Shown: positions 28,033-40,167 of the stretch, one piece after another | How positions within the stretch are numbered: the stretch's first letter is position 1 | Layout: the number at the start of each line of letters is the position of its first letter | NCBI RefSeq assembly: GCF_037042905.1 | Contig: NC_087251.1 | Span: 15,130,001 to 15,194,000, forward strand | DNA: 64,000 nt | Origin: Lytechinus pictus | Lineage: Eukaryota | Direction: 5' to 3' | Translations under genes and position numbers: made by a program | The notes under the pieces: model-generated | The model's database searches: none | What the model saw: only the letters and a program-made list of their open reading frames with translations | Told to the model about the DNA's origin: nothing

Positions 28033-28547
28033 GATAGTATACAAATAGCAAATAGGCATGAGTGCGATAATGCAAGATTTCGCATAATGTGAAAAAAGAT
28101 GCTCTATTCAACAAGGCGTTAGCCAAGTTGAATATAGAGTGTCTTTCTTTCACTGAATGCGAAATGTTGCACCATTGCTCGAATAAGGTTATGCGCTATT
28201 TGTGTTGTACAACGCCCCAGAAGATAGCGGAAATACAAACATTTATCAAATTCATTCCTATGTTACTCTATGAAGAAAGAAAATTTTGAAAGCGAAAGGA
28301 AAATCCCTCAAATGGACATCTGATCTGCAGCAGCAATGCGCATTTCGTAACTCCAGTAAGCCCTACGCGTATTGCACCTGCATAATTATACTAAGCGCAT
28401 GCAATTTGTCAAATCCATAGTGATGTCACCTTTTCCTGACCCGTGCAACAGTACATTATGGACGGTACGTGAGCAATGGTACGAATGTTTGACATTCAGC
28501 CTCTCATTTGCTCGCGTACAACAAGCTAAGTAGGCGTTGTACAACAG
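28033..28547 (+). mobile_element. Second hairpin/asymmetric-IR element, same architecture as 7156-7995
   Basis: Starts GATAGTATACAAATA. Hairpin ~28038-28205 centred on ggc-gtta-gcc. Perfect 13-bp IR gttgtacaacgcc (28204-28216) / ggcgttgtacaac (28533-28545). Confidence 0.62.
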
Positions 28548-30723
28548 AAAATGAAGGTCTTCTTTGTGTCATTTATATTTTACCCTGTGAATTTCCCTGA
28601 GAGTCAGAGTTCATCGTTAGGCTCAATAGTCACAATTTTCCTTGGCACAAAATGTTTTTATATTCTAGGTAGAAGCAAGAAAATAATACTCTCTACTTTT
28701 TCGAGTCATATTTTTATGAACCCCATTTTGATTGAATTATTTATATGTAAGAAGGCTTTTCATTATGATTTTGCGTGGGTAGATGTGTGGAAAATGACCA
28801 TAAATTTCAGTTGAAAGGATAACCCTAAGCGATGGATTTGATTTTAAATCATGGTATATCTCTTGAAATCATCTGTGTAATCTCATTTCGACTTATTTAG
28901 ATCAGACAGGTCGCACTTCTTGTTGAATAAGTTTCTACATTTTACAGCAATATTAAATCTGAAGTCTTATCAGTCTAAAAAGAAATCACAATTTTCTTGA
29001 CACAAATATTCTGAAAACAAGGCACTCATTTCATGCAATCACAGAAAAAAAATTGATACAGATTTTGAAAATAAAAAGGCAAATTTTGGATTCTTTTTGT
29101 GAGGCATCAATATCATCTTTTCTTCACCAATTTGGTGAGTGAATTATCAATATGATTGTTAGTATGTGTTCACTGGTAGACATGTTTGGATATTCATTTT
29201 GAGTTCAAACAGGGATGGCTTATATTGATGTGAAATATTATTACTTGTATCTTTTTTAATCTCATGTTTTAGAGCTTTATAGCTCTAATTTCCTGAAGGG
29301 AGGATTTATTTTGGTGTATGTTAATTTTACAGTGACTCTTACGATGTCAAAGACCCCCACAGGCACCATTGTCTTCTCAATACTGCAAAGAGAATCTCTT
29401 CTACGCATCAGTATAGATCTTGCCATGGATATCACCTTTGTTTCCTATTGTTTCCCTTCTTTCAATGCATACCCATGCCGCTTTTCTTGAATAATTGAAT
29501 AACCCCAGGTTTCAGGCAGTAGTTTAATCATCTTAATTTGTGATCTAGGACTGTACAGACCATAGTAGCAGGCATTCATTACGCCCTAATTAGGATGATG
29601 TCACCCGTTACACATCTGCAATGCAACGTGGTACTTTTGATATCCCACAGATCATGAGTCTTTATAACTTTGCCAATTTGCAGAGTATCAGCTGTTTAGT
29701 TGCAGGTTCACTCAGAGAATATCCAGGGGTAATGTGCACTTATGGCCTACCACGCTGTGTGTGGTAGTCAGGAATACCGGATTTATAGGGTATAGATTAA
29801 GTTTAAAAATCTTAATGCCAAGGCTGATCATGTTTTGTTTAATACATGTACAGTAGGTGCATGAACATCAGCACTGATTTTGCATTGCAGAATTAAAAGC
29901 AAACAGGTTCTGTTTAATAATGGGATGTAATTTACTTTCAGAGATTCATGTAGGTAGGAAATTTATAAGTTGTAGCCGAGTGATTAATGCACTTGACTGG
30001 AAATGCAAAGTTTGTGGATTTGATTGCTGCTTTCGTGCTTATCTTTTGGCAAGGTATTTTATGTTTGGAAAAGAAGGCAATGTAGTCATGTTATGTTGAA
30101 ACAATACCGTTTTTATTTTAAATAATATTTTGACTCTCCTTTTTCAGATTTTTTTCTTCAAAATTTTATCAGTGATTTTCTGCTTTGGCATTTATCTGTA
30201 ATAACAACTTGATACTAGAATATTACCCCTCAGTTTCTAAGACCCCATTCTCATTACCTTCCTAAGACTAGTTTAGTGGAAACTAGTTTAATGTGTAATT
30301 AGAACAGTCAAAGAGGTCTTCCAAACTGTTTCAGAAAACCATCTTGTGATGTAGTTTGGAAGATCGCTTGGCCACGTTAAAATGGTTTTAGAAAGTTAAG
30401 TTGTAGAGTACATCATAATTCCATGAAATTATCCCCTGACATATATTTGACTTTCCTAAAATGTGTGAAGTGAATGAATTACCGGTATAGTTAATTAGTT
30501 GGCACAGACTCTACATGTTTATTACATTTCATCATCAATTGTTGCTTATGCATTATTTATTTCAGAACAAGATCCAGAATGTTATGTTAGTTTTTTTACA
30601 TGTTAGATAAATATGTGCTATATTAATTTTATGTGTATCACTAGGTGCATATTTTCTCTTCTTCTTTAATCATATTGCACTTCCGTATTCAAATGGTTTC
30701 TTTGATTTTTTTTTAAAATGCAG

Positions 30724-30822
30724 AGTATTCCCCCGGACCTGTCAATATGTGTGTTTGTCCTGGACCAAGCGTTGTCTGTGAGGGCTCTCCAAGAGATGGT
30801 TATCACCGACCAAATAGATCAG
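30724..30822 (+). CDS. RyR: Ryanodine receptor exon (~exon 3; [33 protein letters not shown])
   Basis: tgcag acceptor, gtaagt donor; 99 nt, phase 0-0. Matches the Ry[19 protein letters not shown] motif. Confidence 0.96.
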
Positions 30823-30946
30823 GTAAGTTCATGCCTGGGTTAGAGCAATGGCGGCTTCGGACCGTATAGGATCCCTTAGGACGGACTTCATTGAAAGGGT
30901 GTTTGATATCTCCTTTGTTTTATGCATTTTATACATACAGCATCAG

Positions 30947-31233
30947 GGGCCCGTTTCATAAAACTATGACAACAAATTAGCAATAAAAATTTAAAGCTAC
31001 TGACATTATTTGATTGGCCGATAGTAAACTTGTTATACAAATTGTGCTTTTCTTTATGAAACGGGACCCATGCAGATTCTGATCAAATCTGCTTCCTGTT
31101 TCATAACGACTTGTAATAACAAATGCACAAATTCTACAAGTTTTATCAGCCAATCAAATCAATGATTTCAGTAGCTTTAAACTGTAATTGCAAATTGCAA
31201 ATTTGTTTTTTCAACAAGATTTATGAAAAGAGG
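30947..31233. mobile_element. Two adjacent, oppositely oriented copies of a short Harbinger-like MITE
   Basis: 30947-31068 (gggcccgtttcataaa ... tttatgaaacgggacc) and ~31096-31233 share ttaaagctactga / tttgattggc in inverted orientation. Confidence 0.62.
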
Positions 31234-32324
31234 TATAGTGAATTCACAGAATTTTACTGAAGACACCATGAAAAAAATGATGAAAATCCATATTTTATTG
31301 TTCGAAATAGACAAGAAATGATGTTAAGGGAAAAGAAAAAAAAAATACAGCAAAAACATTCATGAAGAACCAAAGTCCAATAAAAAAAACCTTGCATCTG
31401 CAGTAAATCTAAATCAAAATGTTATGTTCTGCATTGCATACATATACATGTAGGTAAGCTATCAGTCACCAGTGTATAGTGATGCTGTCTAATTGGGGGA
31501 AAGAATTATCCAGAATACGTAGCAAACTTAGTGTAGAACTTATTTTTTTTAATAAGTTCTGCACTAAAAATAATAGGATAACATATTTTCATGTTCAATT
31601 TTCGACCAGCAATTGCTACTGAGAATCTTTTATTATGGATTTCATTGGATATATTGAGGTAAATCTCAGTGATGATACTGAAGGAAAACCCTGTCATTGT
31701 TAATTATTTCCTTCAAATGAATTTGCAAAGGAGGAGCCTGTTTAATCATGACAAAATTAGGTTAATTCTATGTTACGTATTCTTTACCTTCACATTTTGC
31801 AAAAAGTATTGATGAAGGACTATTACACATATAGCATAAGGGAAACTGTAAATTGAAATACATTTAATTTGAATCAAGAATTCTTGATCCTTCAGTATCC
31901 CAATCCTTAACTATCTTCATCTACCATGCATGCATTTTCTTTTTCCCCCCTCACTGTAATATAAGAAGATCCTTTGCAACACCTCTTGCTTTTATCTGTC
32001 TTTTCCTTTTTTCCTGATCTGTAAATCACTCGACCTTTGCTTCTCACCTTCCAAGTCTATTCATGCCTCATGCTTGTTCTCTAATATTCTTTCAATAAGA
32101 TCTCAACAAATAATTTCCTCCCGTATTTTCCTTTTTAGTCTTTAGAGCATTATCATGATACTCATTATTTCTTACCTTAATTTCTCTCTTTTCCAGTATT
32201 CTCAATAATCTCAAAATTCATTTTTAGGCATATCCCATTATGATCTCTATTTTTCTTTTTCCTAACTTCACATCTTCCACATTAATGGCCAATCTTTCTA
32301 TAGATCAGATCTCCACCCTGTCCT

Positions 32325-35300
32325 CCATTTACCTCTATATCAATCTAGCCATCCCTTCATTCCTCCATTCCCTATCCTTCATTTACCTTGATATCAATCT
32401 AGCCATCCCAGCATTCCTCCATTCCCTATCCTTCATTTACCTTGATATCAATCTAGCCATCCCATCATTCCTCCATTCCCTATCCTTCATTTACCTTTAT
32501 ATCAATCTAGCCATCCCATCATTCCTCCATTCCCTATCCTTCATTTACCTTTATATCACTCTAGCCATCCCATCATTCCTCCATTCCCTATCCTTCATTT
32601 ACCTTGATATCAATCTAGCCATCCCATCATTCCTCCATTCCCTATCCTTCATTTACCTTTATATCAATCTAGCCATCCCATCATTCCTCCATTCCCTATC
32701 CTTCATTTACATTTATATCAATCTAGCCATCCCATCATTCCTCCATTCCCTATCCTTCATTTACCTTTATATCAATCTAGCCATCCCATCATTCCTCCAT
32801 TCCCTATCCTTCATTTACCTTGATATCAATCTAGCCATCCCATCATTCCTCCATTCCCTATCCTTCATTTACCTTGATATCAATCTAGCCATCCCATCAT
32901 TCCTCCATTCCCTATCCTTCATTTACCTTTATATCAATCTAGCCATCCCATCATTCCTCCATTCCCTATCCTTCATTTACCTTTATATCAATCTAGCCAT
33001 CCCATCATTCCTCCATTCCCTATCCTTCATTTACCTTGATATCACTCTAGCCATCCCATCATTCCTCCATTCCCTATCCTTCATTTACCTTGATATCAAT
33101 CTAGCCATCCCATCATTCCTCCATTCCCTATCCTTCATTTACCTTTATATCAATCTAGCCATCCCATCATTCCTCCATTCCCTATCCTTCATTTACCTTT
33201 ATATCAATCTAGCCATCCCATCATTCCTCCATTCCCTATCCTTTATTTACCTTTATATCACTCTAGCCATCCCATCATTGCTCCATTCCTATCCTTCATT
33301 TACATTTATATCAATCTAGCCATCCCATCATTCCTCCATTCCCTATCCTTCATTTACCTTTATATCAATCTAGCCATCCCATCATTCCTCCATTCCCTAT
33401 CCTTCATTTATATTTATATAAATCTAGCCATCCCATCATTCCTCAATTCCCTATCCTTCATTTACATTTATCTCAATCTAGCCATCCCATCCTTCCTCAA
33501 TTCCCTATCCTTCATTTACCTTGATATCACTCTAGCCATCCCATCATTCCTCCATTCCCTATCCTTTATTTACCTTTATATCAATCTAGCCATCCCATCC
33601 TTCCTCAATTCCCTATCCTTCATTTACCTTGATATCACTCTAGCCATCCCATCATTCCTCCATTCCCTATCCTTCATTTACCTTTATATCACTCTAGCCA
33701 TCCCAGCATTCCTCCATTCCTATCCTTCATTTACATTGATATCAATCTAGCCATCCCATCATTCCTCCATTCCCTATCCTTCATTTACCTTTATATCAAT
33801 CTAGCCATCCCATCATTCCTCCATTCCCTATCCTTCATTTACCTTTATATCAATCTAGCCATCCCATCATTCCTCCATTCCCTATCCTTCATTTACCTTG
33901 ATATCAATCTAGCCATCCCTTCATTCCTCCATTCCCTATCCTTTATTTACCTTTATATCACTCTAGCCATCCCATCATTCCTCCATTCCCTATCCTTCAT
34001 TTACATTTATATCAATCTAGCCATCCCATCATTCCTCCATTCCCTATCCTTCATTTACCTTTATATCAATCTAGCCATCCCATCATTCCTCCATTCCCTA
34101 TCCTTCATTTACATTTATATCACTCTAGCCATCCCATCATTCCTCCATTCCCTATCCTTTATTTACCTTTATATCACTCTAGCCATCCCATCATTGCTCC
34201 ATTCCTATCCTTCATTTACATTGATATCAATCTAGCCATCCCATCATTCCTCCATTCCCTATCCTTCATTTACCTTGATATCACTCTAGCCATCCCAGCA
34301 TTCCTCCATTCCCTATCCTTCATTTACCTTTATATCAATCTAGCCATCCCATCATTCCTCCATTCCCTATCCTTTATTTACCTTTATATCACTCTAGCCA
34401 TCCCATCATTGCTCCATTCCTATCCTTCATTTACATTTATATCAATCTAGCCATCCCATCATTCCTCCATTCCCTATCCTTCATTTACCTTTATATCAAT
34501 CTAGCCATCCCATCATTCCTCCATTCCCTATCCTTTATTTACCTTTATATCACTCTAGCCATCCCAGCATTGCTCCATTCCTATCCTTCATTTACATTGA
34601 TATAAATCTAGCCATCCCATCATTCCTCCATTCCCTATCCTTTATTTACCTTTATATCACTCTAGCCATCCCATCATTGCTCCATTCCTATCCTTCATTT
34701 ACATTGATATCAATCTAGCCATCCCATCATTCCTCCATTCCCTATCCTTCATTTACCTTGATATCACTCTAGCCATCCCAGCATTCCTCCATTCCCTATC
34801 CTTCATTTACCTTTATATCAATCTAGCCATCCCATCATTCCTCCATTCCCTATCCTTTATTTACCTTTATATCACTCTAGCCATCCCATCATTGCTCCAT
34901 TCCTATCCTTCATTTACATTTATATCAATCTAGCCATCCCATCATTCCTCCATTCCCTATCCTTCATTTACCTTTATATCAATCTAGCCATCCCATCATT
35001 CCTCCATTCCCTATCCTTCATTTATATTTATATAAATCTAGCCATCCCATCATTCCTCCATTCCATATCCTTCATTTACATTTATCTCAATCTAGCCATC
35101 CCATCATTCCTCAATTCGCTATCCTTCATTTACATTTATCTCAATCTAGCCATCCCATCCTTCCTCAATTCCCTATCCTTCATTTACCTTGATATCACTC
35201 TAGCCATCCCATCATTCCTCCATTCCCTATCCTTCATTTACCTTTATATCAATCTAGCCATCCCATCATTCCTCCATTCCCTATCCTTCATTTACCTTTA

Positions 35301-35765
35301 TATCAATCTAGCCATCCCATCATTCATCCATTCCCTATCCTTCATTTACCTTTATATAAATCTAGCCATCCCATCATTCCTCCATTCCCTATCCTTCATT
35401 TACCTTTATATCAATCTAGCCATCCCATCATTCCTCCATTCCCTATCCTTCATTTACCTTTATATCAATCTAGCCATCCCATCATTCCTCCATTCCCTAT
35501 CCTTCATTTACATTTATATCAATCTAGCCATCCCATCATTCCTCCATTCCCTATCCTTCATTTACATTTATCTCAATCTAGCCATCCCATCATTCCTCCA
35601 TTCCCTATCCTTCATTTACCTTTATATCAATCTAGCCATCCCATCATTCCTCAATTCCCTATCCTTCATTTACCTTTATATCAATCTAGCCATCCCATCA
35701 TTCCTCCATTCCCTATCCTTCATTTACCTTTATATCAATCTAGCCATCCCATCATTCCTCCATTC
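32325..35765. repeat. 54-bp pyrimidine-rich minisatellite, ~63-64 copies
   Basis: Unit atcaatctagccatcccatcattcctccattccctatccttcatttacctttat. 18-codon periodicity in the ORF track. Confidence 0.98.
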
Positions 35766-38378
35766 CTCAATCTACCACTTCCTCTCATCCATCTCCCATT
35801 CCGACCCCCATTCCCACTCGCCCCTCGCTACCACTATCCTGGATCAAGGAGGATATGGTTGAAAAGCGGCAAGACCATGTACAAATTAATTTTCCAGACA
35901 TTAAATTGCCATTAGAGGGACATCCATCAGGCCGTGTTACAAGACTTTGGTTTTTGCGCCCAACCCATTCGGGTAAACACCATTCTCCGGGGCCTCGCTC
36001 TGCGGCATAGACGACTGACCTTTCGTTGGAGTCGTTTATTTATTCGTCTGAACTCGTCCTTAATGTCTAGGGGAAGATCATCAGTTAAATATCGATCCAT
36101 TTCTTCAAGAGGACGTCTCGGTGAGAGGGGCATGAAGACTGTTTGATAAATGAAATGATTTCATTTAGTATCTTGATACCCTCTATTTCTATTTCCTGAG
36201 TAGAATAGCAGAATAATTGGAGGCCATTACCCTATAGCACTGTTTTAGCAGAGCTAAAGTGGATGGTTGATTTTGTAAGGATCTCTTGAAGAATATATGC
36301 TTATGAAATAGAATTCATTGTCCATCTCCAATTTTCTTTTACTTTATATATTGTACAAAATTATGCATTTATTATTACAGACAGTTCTATTGGCAGTATC
36401 ATTTTCTTTTCTTTTTCATTGTTAGTGTATTTTCTTATTTCATATTTTCTATTCAGCAAACATAGTGTACACATTTTTTACAAATATTTTGATTAACATT
36501 GTTATTATGTGCATTTAAAAGACATGATGTTCATGAAATACCCAGAGTACTTTAATCATTTTTTTTTACATTTTGAAAAAAAAATGTGTATGCTTCTTTT
36601 AATACAAAAAATATTTTGGTCAGCAATGTCATTTTGTCAAGAGACCTATTGATGAAATTTCCCTCATTTGACAGCTTCCCTCTCCAGAGATTGCACATTA
36701 CTGTTATTGTTGTAATAGTACTTATAATATTCAACATGATGAATATCATCATGAAGTTTTTCTGCTTTTATTTATTACCGAAAAGGAATTTTTTTTTATT
36801 TCTAGAGTTTTCATATAACATTGATCCTGAATTCTATTGACACGAACCTGTTTGTTATTCGATAGAGGTTTAATAGTTTCAGTCATAATCTTTCAAGATG
36901 AAGCAAGATGATGAAGTCTAGAACATCTCAATCCCAGCAAAGAAGATGATATTGAGATTTGAGTGTTGAATGGTCTGCATTCTCTGATGTGTGTAACAAT
37001 CCCCTTCAGATTTGGATCAAGATGTGGAAATATATGCCTTTTGTGTGAGATTTCAAACAGTTCGGTGAGGTTTGCGGCATGCTTGGTGTCTATTCTGAGT
37101 AAAATGCCAGGCGTATTGATTACACATGAAATGATGTGTGATTCAACACAGCCAGCCAAGCTTGTATGGAGGGTGGCTTTCATTTCACTCTTGTGCCTTT
37201 TTTTCTGTTATGAAAGAGGAGCAGAGTGAGGGAGAGGGGGATGATGAAAGGGGGAGGCGGAGGAGTAAGAGGGGGAGGAAGGGAGGGGGAAGGGTAGTGT
37301 AGATGTTGATGTTGATAGAGACAGCAAATATAAAGTATTGTGATCATGCTCAATTAAGGAAGAGAGAAATTCTAAACAGGCAATATGACAAATGAGAGAT
37401 TAGAGAAAGTGAAAGGGGAAAGAGTGTTCGAGAAAAAGGAAAGGAGGGATAGAGAGAGAAGGAAAGTGAGAGAGTGATAGAGAAAGGGTTGGTGGGGATA
37501 GGGGAAAGAGAGAGGAAGATATGATATGTACGGTGTTTGGGGAAGAGACTCAAATGTAGAAATCGTATTCTACGGTATTACACTTTGGGAATTAATGAGA
37601 AAGATGAACATTCATTGCCTTCTAGAAGGAGTTCCAAAGATATCAACAAGAATGCTACTTGATGCCATGAAAGCAGAGACAGGTGTTTAGTCTTGCATTG
37701 ATGACGTGATGACGGTCGTGAAAGTTATTAAAAGAAACAAATATTAGGAGCAATGAAAAACCAGTTTTGTGAAGACGTAATGAAACGAGATTCAGCATTT
37801 ATTACATTCTAGAATGAATTATATAAATGTAGCCTACAAATTTGATGTTTAGATGAAGTACAGGGTCATGAAATGGTTGCCATATCATTACTATTACTAC
37901 ACACTATAATTAATGTTATCACCTTTAGGTGGGTAATTGACGTAATTCCATTCAAAATATGAATTCATTTTGCAATAGAACAGATAGTGGCATGTAGAAT
38001 GTACCTCTCTTGTAGTAATGAAATTATCAGATTTTTTCCCCCCAGTTTATTGTTGTCTTTAGATCCGACTATGGGTTTAGTTGAACTGAAGTTTTTCCAA
38101 AAGGGTTGCTTATTATATGCCTGAAAGTGAGAAAAAAGGAACCACCCACATTTTCATGTAACAGTACGCAAACCTGATATGCAACTGAAGCATAGTCAGG
38201 GGCCAGTCAGGGTGGGAGCATACAGAACATAGGATGATTTCATCAATAGGAATTTAAGAATTTCCTGAATTGTAAACATGGATCCAAAAGGAGAGGCTAA
38301 GTTTAATAATTTGCGAAAGGGCTGAGGGAGGCTCTTACCCCTGCCTTTGTCGATATTAATATTGTCCCAGGGAAAGTG

Positions 38379-40167
38379 GGTTACGTTCCGTTATTCAAAA
38401 GGTTCGTTAGTCTGAAAATGAAATAAAGTTTGCTTTTCTGAAGGTTAGTTAATCCAAAAACGAAATATGGTTCGTTAGTCCAAAAACTAAATAAGGTCCC
38501 TTAATCCGAAGGTTCGTAAGTCCGAAAACGAAACTATGTTTGTTATTCCAAAAACGAAATAAGATTTGTTATTCCGAGCGTTCACTAATCCGAAAATGAA
38601 GTAAGTTCATTAAGCCGAAGGTTTGTTAGTCCGAAAATGAAATCAGGTTCTTACCGTTCGTATTTAGTTCCATACACATTAGTCTTAAAGTATAACCACA
38701 ACATGACCGTCAAGTTGGGTATATGTATGCAATTTTTTGCTGAAAGTTGTAGTATGGGGTGTCTGCTTCAAGAATCGGATGGGTTCCACTTGGGCACCCT
38801 TGGGCTTTTTTTTCAATTGATGTCATAGGCCATGTCCACTTTTTTACATACCTCTTAAATATGACTTTCATATTTTACGAAATGAACATGTCATGTTTGG
38901 TATCAAATGAAAACTAATGAAAAATCAAATGAAAAATATTGTTCACTGGGCATTTAAAACATGTATGTCAGTTAAAGGTCATTTAAGGTCATAGAATGTC
39001 AAATTTAGTTACAAATGTAAGTAATACATAAAATAAGGAACATATCATGATTTAAATACCAAAAATTTATATACATTTTTTTGTAAAGGTCAAGGTTAGG
39101 GTGTGCATATTAAGAATTTGATGGGTGCTACCTTGGCATTTTGAGGAATTTTATTTGTCTGACATCATAAACCACACCAACTTTCGTACATTCCTCTTAA
39201 TTGTTATATTTTCTATTGAGCGGAATAAACATATCATGTTTGATATCGAATTAAAGCAAATGCAAAATCAAATCCACATATATGAATTGCTGTAGGCATT
39301 TCAAACTTAAGTAATCGAAGGTCATATAGCTCATAAGCCTATGATCACCCCTTTGAAAGAATACTTTGTATGTAAACACCCCTGGTTACGATGCCCCCCA
39401 TAAAAGAAATTCTCTGCAGGAAAAAAAAATGCCCGTTTTTCAAAATGAAATGTGCCCTTTTTCGAAATGAAATACCATTTTTGAAGTACAACATAATACA
39501 ATTTAGGTTAGAATATCACAAAATGTATGGCTCGTGCTTCACGCTCGCGTCATTACCTTAGCGATTTGCGCTAGCATTATTCGATTGGTGAAATATGTAT
39601 CCTATTCGTGTGTCACTAAATGCAGTCCTTCACAAGTTCCTTTTCTTGTCAGTATATTTAAAATTTCAGCTTGTGTCGAATGTTAATTCTTCAGTTATAG
39701 ATACACATATTTTTCATGATTACAAAAAAATTCCTTTTCATATCGTATTACATCTCGCAAGGATGCCCTTTTAACAGTAACTAGCGCCAAAATTGATCAA
39801 AAGCGGGTTTTACAACTTCAGACATGAACATTTTTCCAAACTGCTCGCTCGCTCGCTAAGGTCTCTCGCATAAAAATAAAGCCTAAATATATGTCTTATC
39901 ATAATCAGAAATCACTTCAAAAAGGCCTTGCTCAACCTAATTACTACAAAACACACAACGACTTCACACAGATGATAATTTAATTTTTTTCGTTTTCGGA
40001 TTAACAAACTTTCAGAATTACGAATCTTCGGAATATCGCCACAAATGTTTGGATTAATGAACACTGTTTCGATTTCAGAGTAAGGAACATCGACGTATAG
40101 GCAATTTAGGTGATTCAGAATTATGAACCTTCAGAATAACGAAGCTTTGGAATTACGGACCGTAACC
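38379..40167. mobile_element. Foldback element with tandem-repeat TIRs (TU-like / Mutator-like)
   Basis: Termini ggttacgttccgttattc / gaattacggaccgtaacc. Arms (38379-38650; 39985-40167) built of 15-25-bp gaaggttcgttaatcc(gaaaacgaaat) units in opposite orientation. Degenerate 9-bp flanks gggaaagtg / gtaaaagta. Confidence 0.72.

Noticed and set aside
32240..33319. 359-aa ORF of INLAIPSFLHSLSFIYLY repeats
   Set aside because: By-product of a stop-free 54-bp (18-codon) minisatellite; broken by 1-bp deletion units; intronic.
32325..35765. CRISPR-like regular array
   Set aside because: Head-to-tail units without unique spacers; eukaryotic intron; no cas genes.
35927..36133. 68-aa charged, protein-looking ORF on -
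   Set aside because: No recognisable family or splice context; cannot be supported without a homology search.
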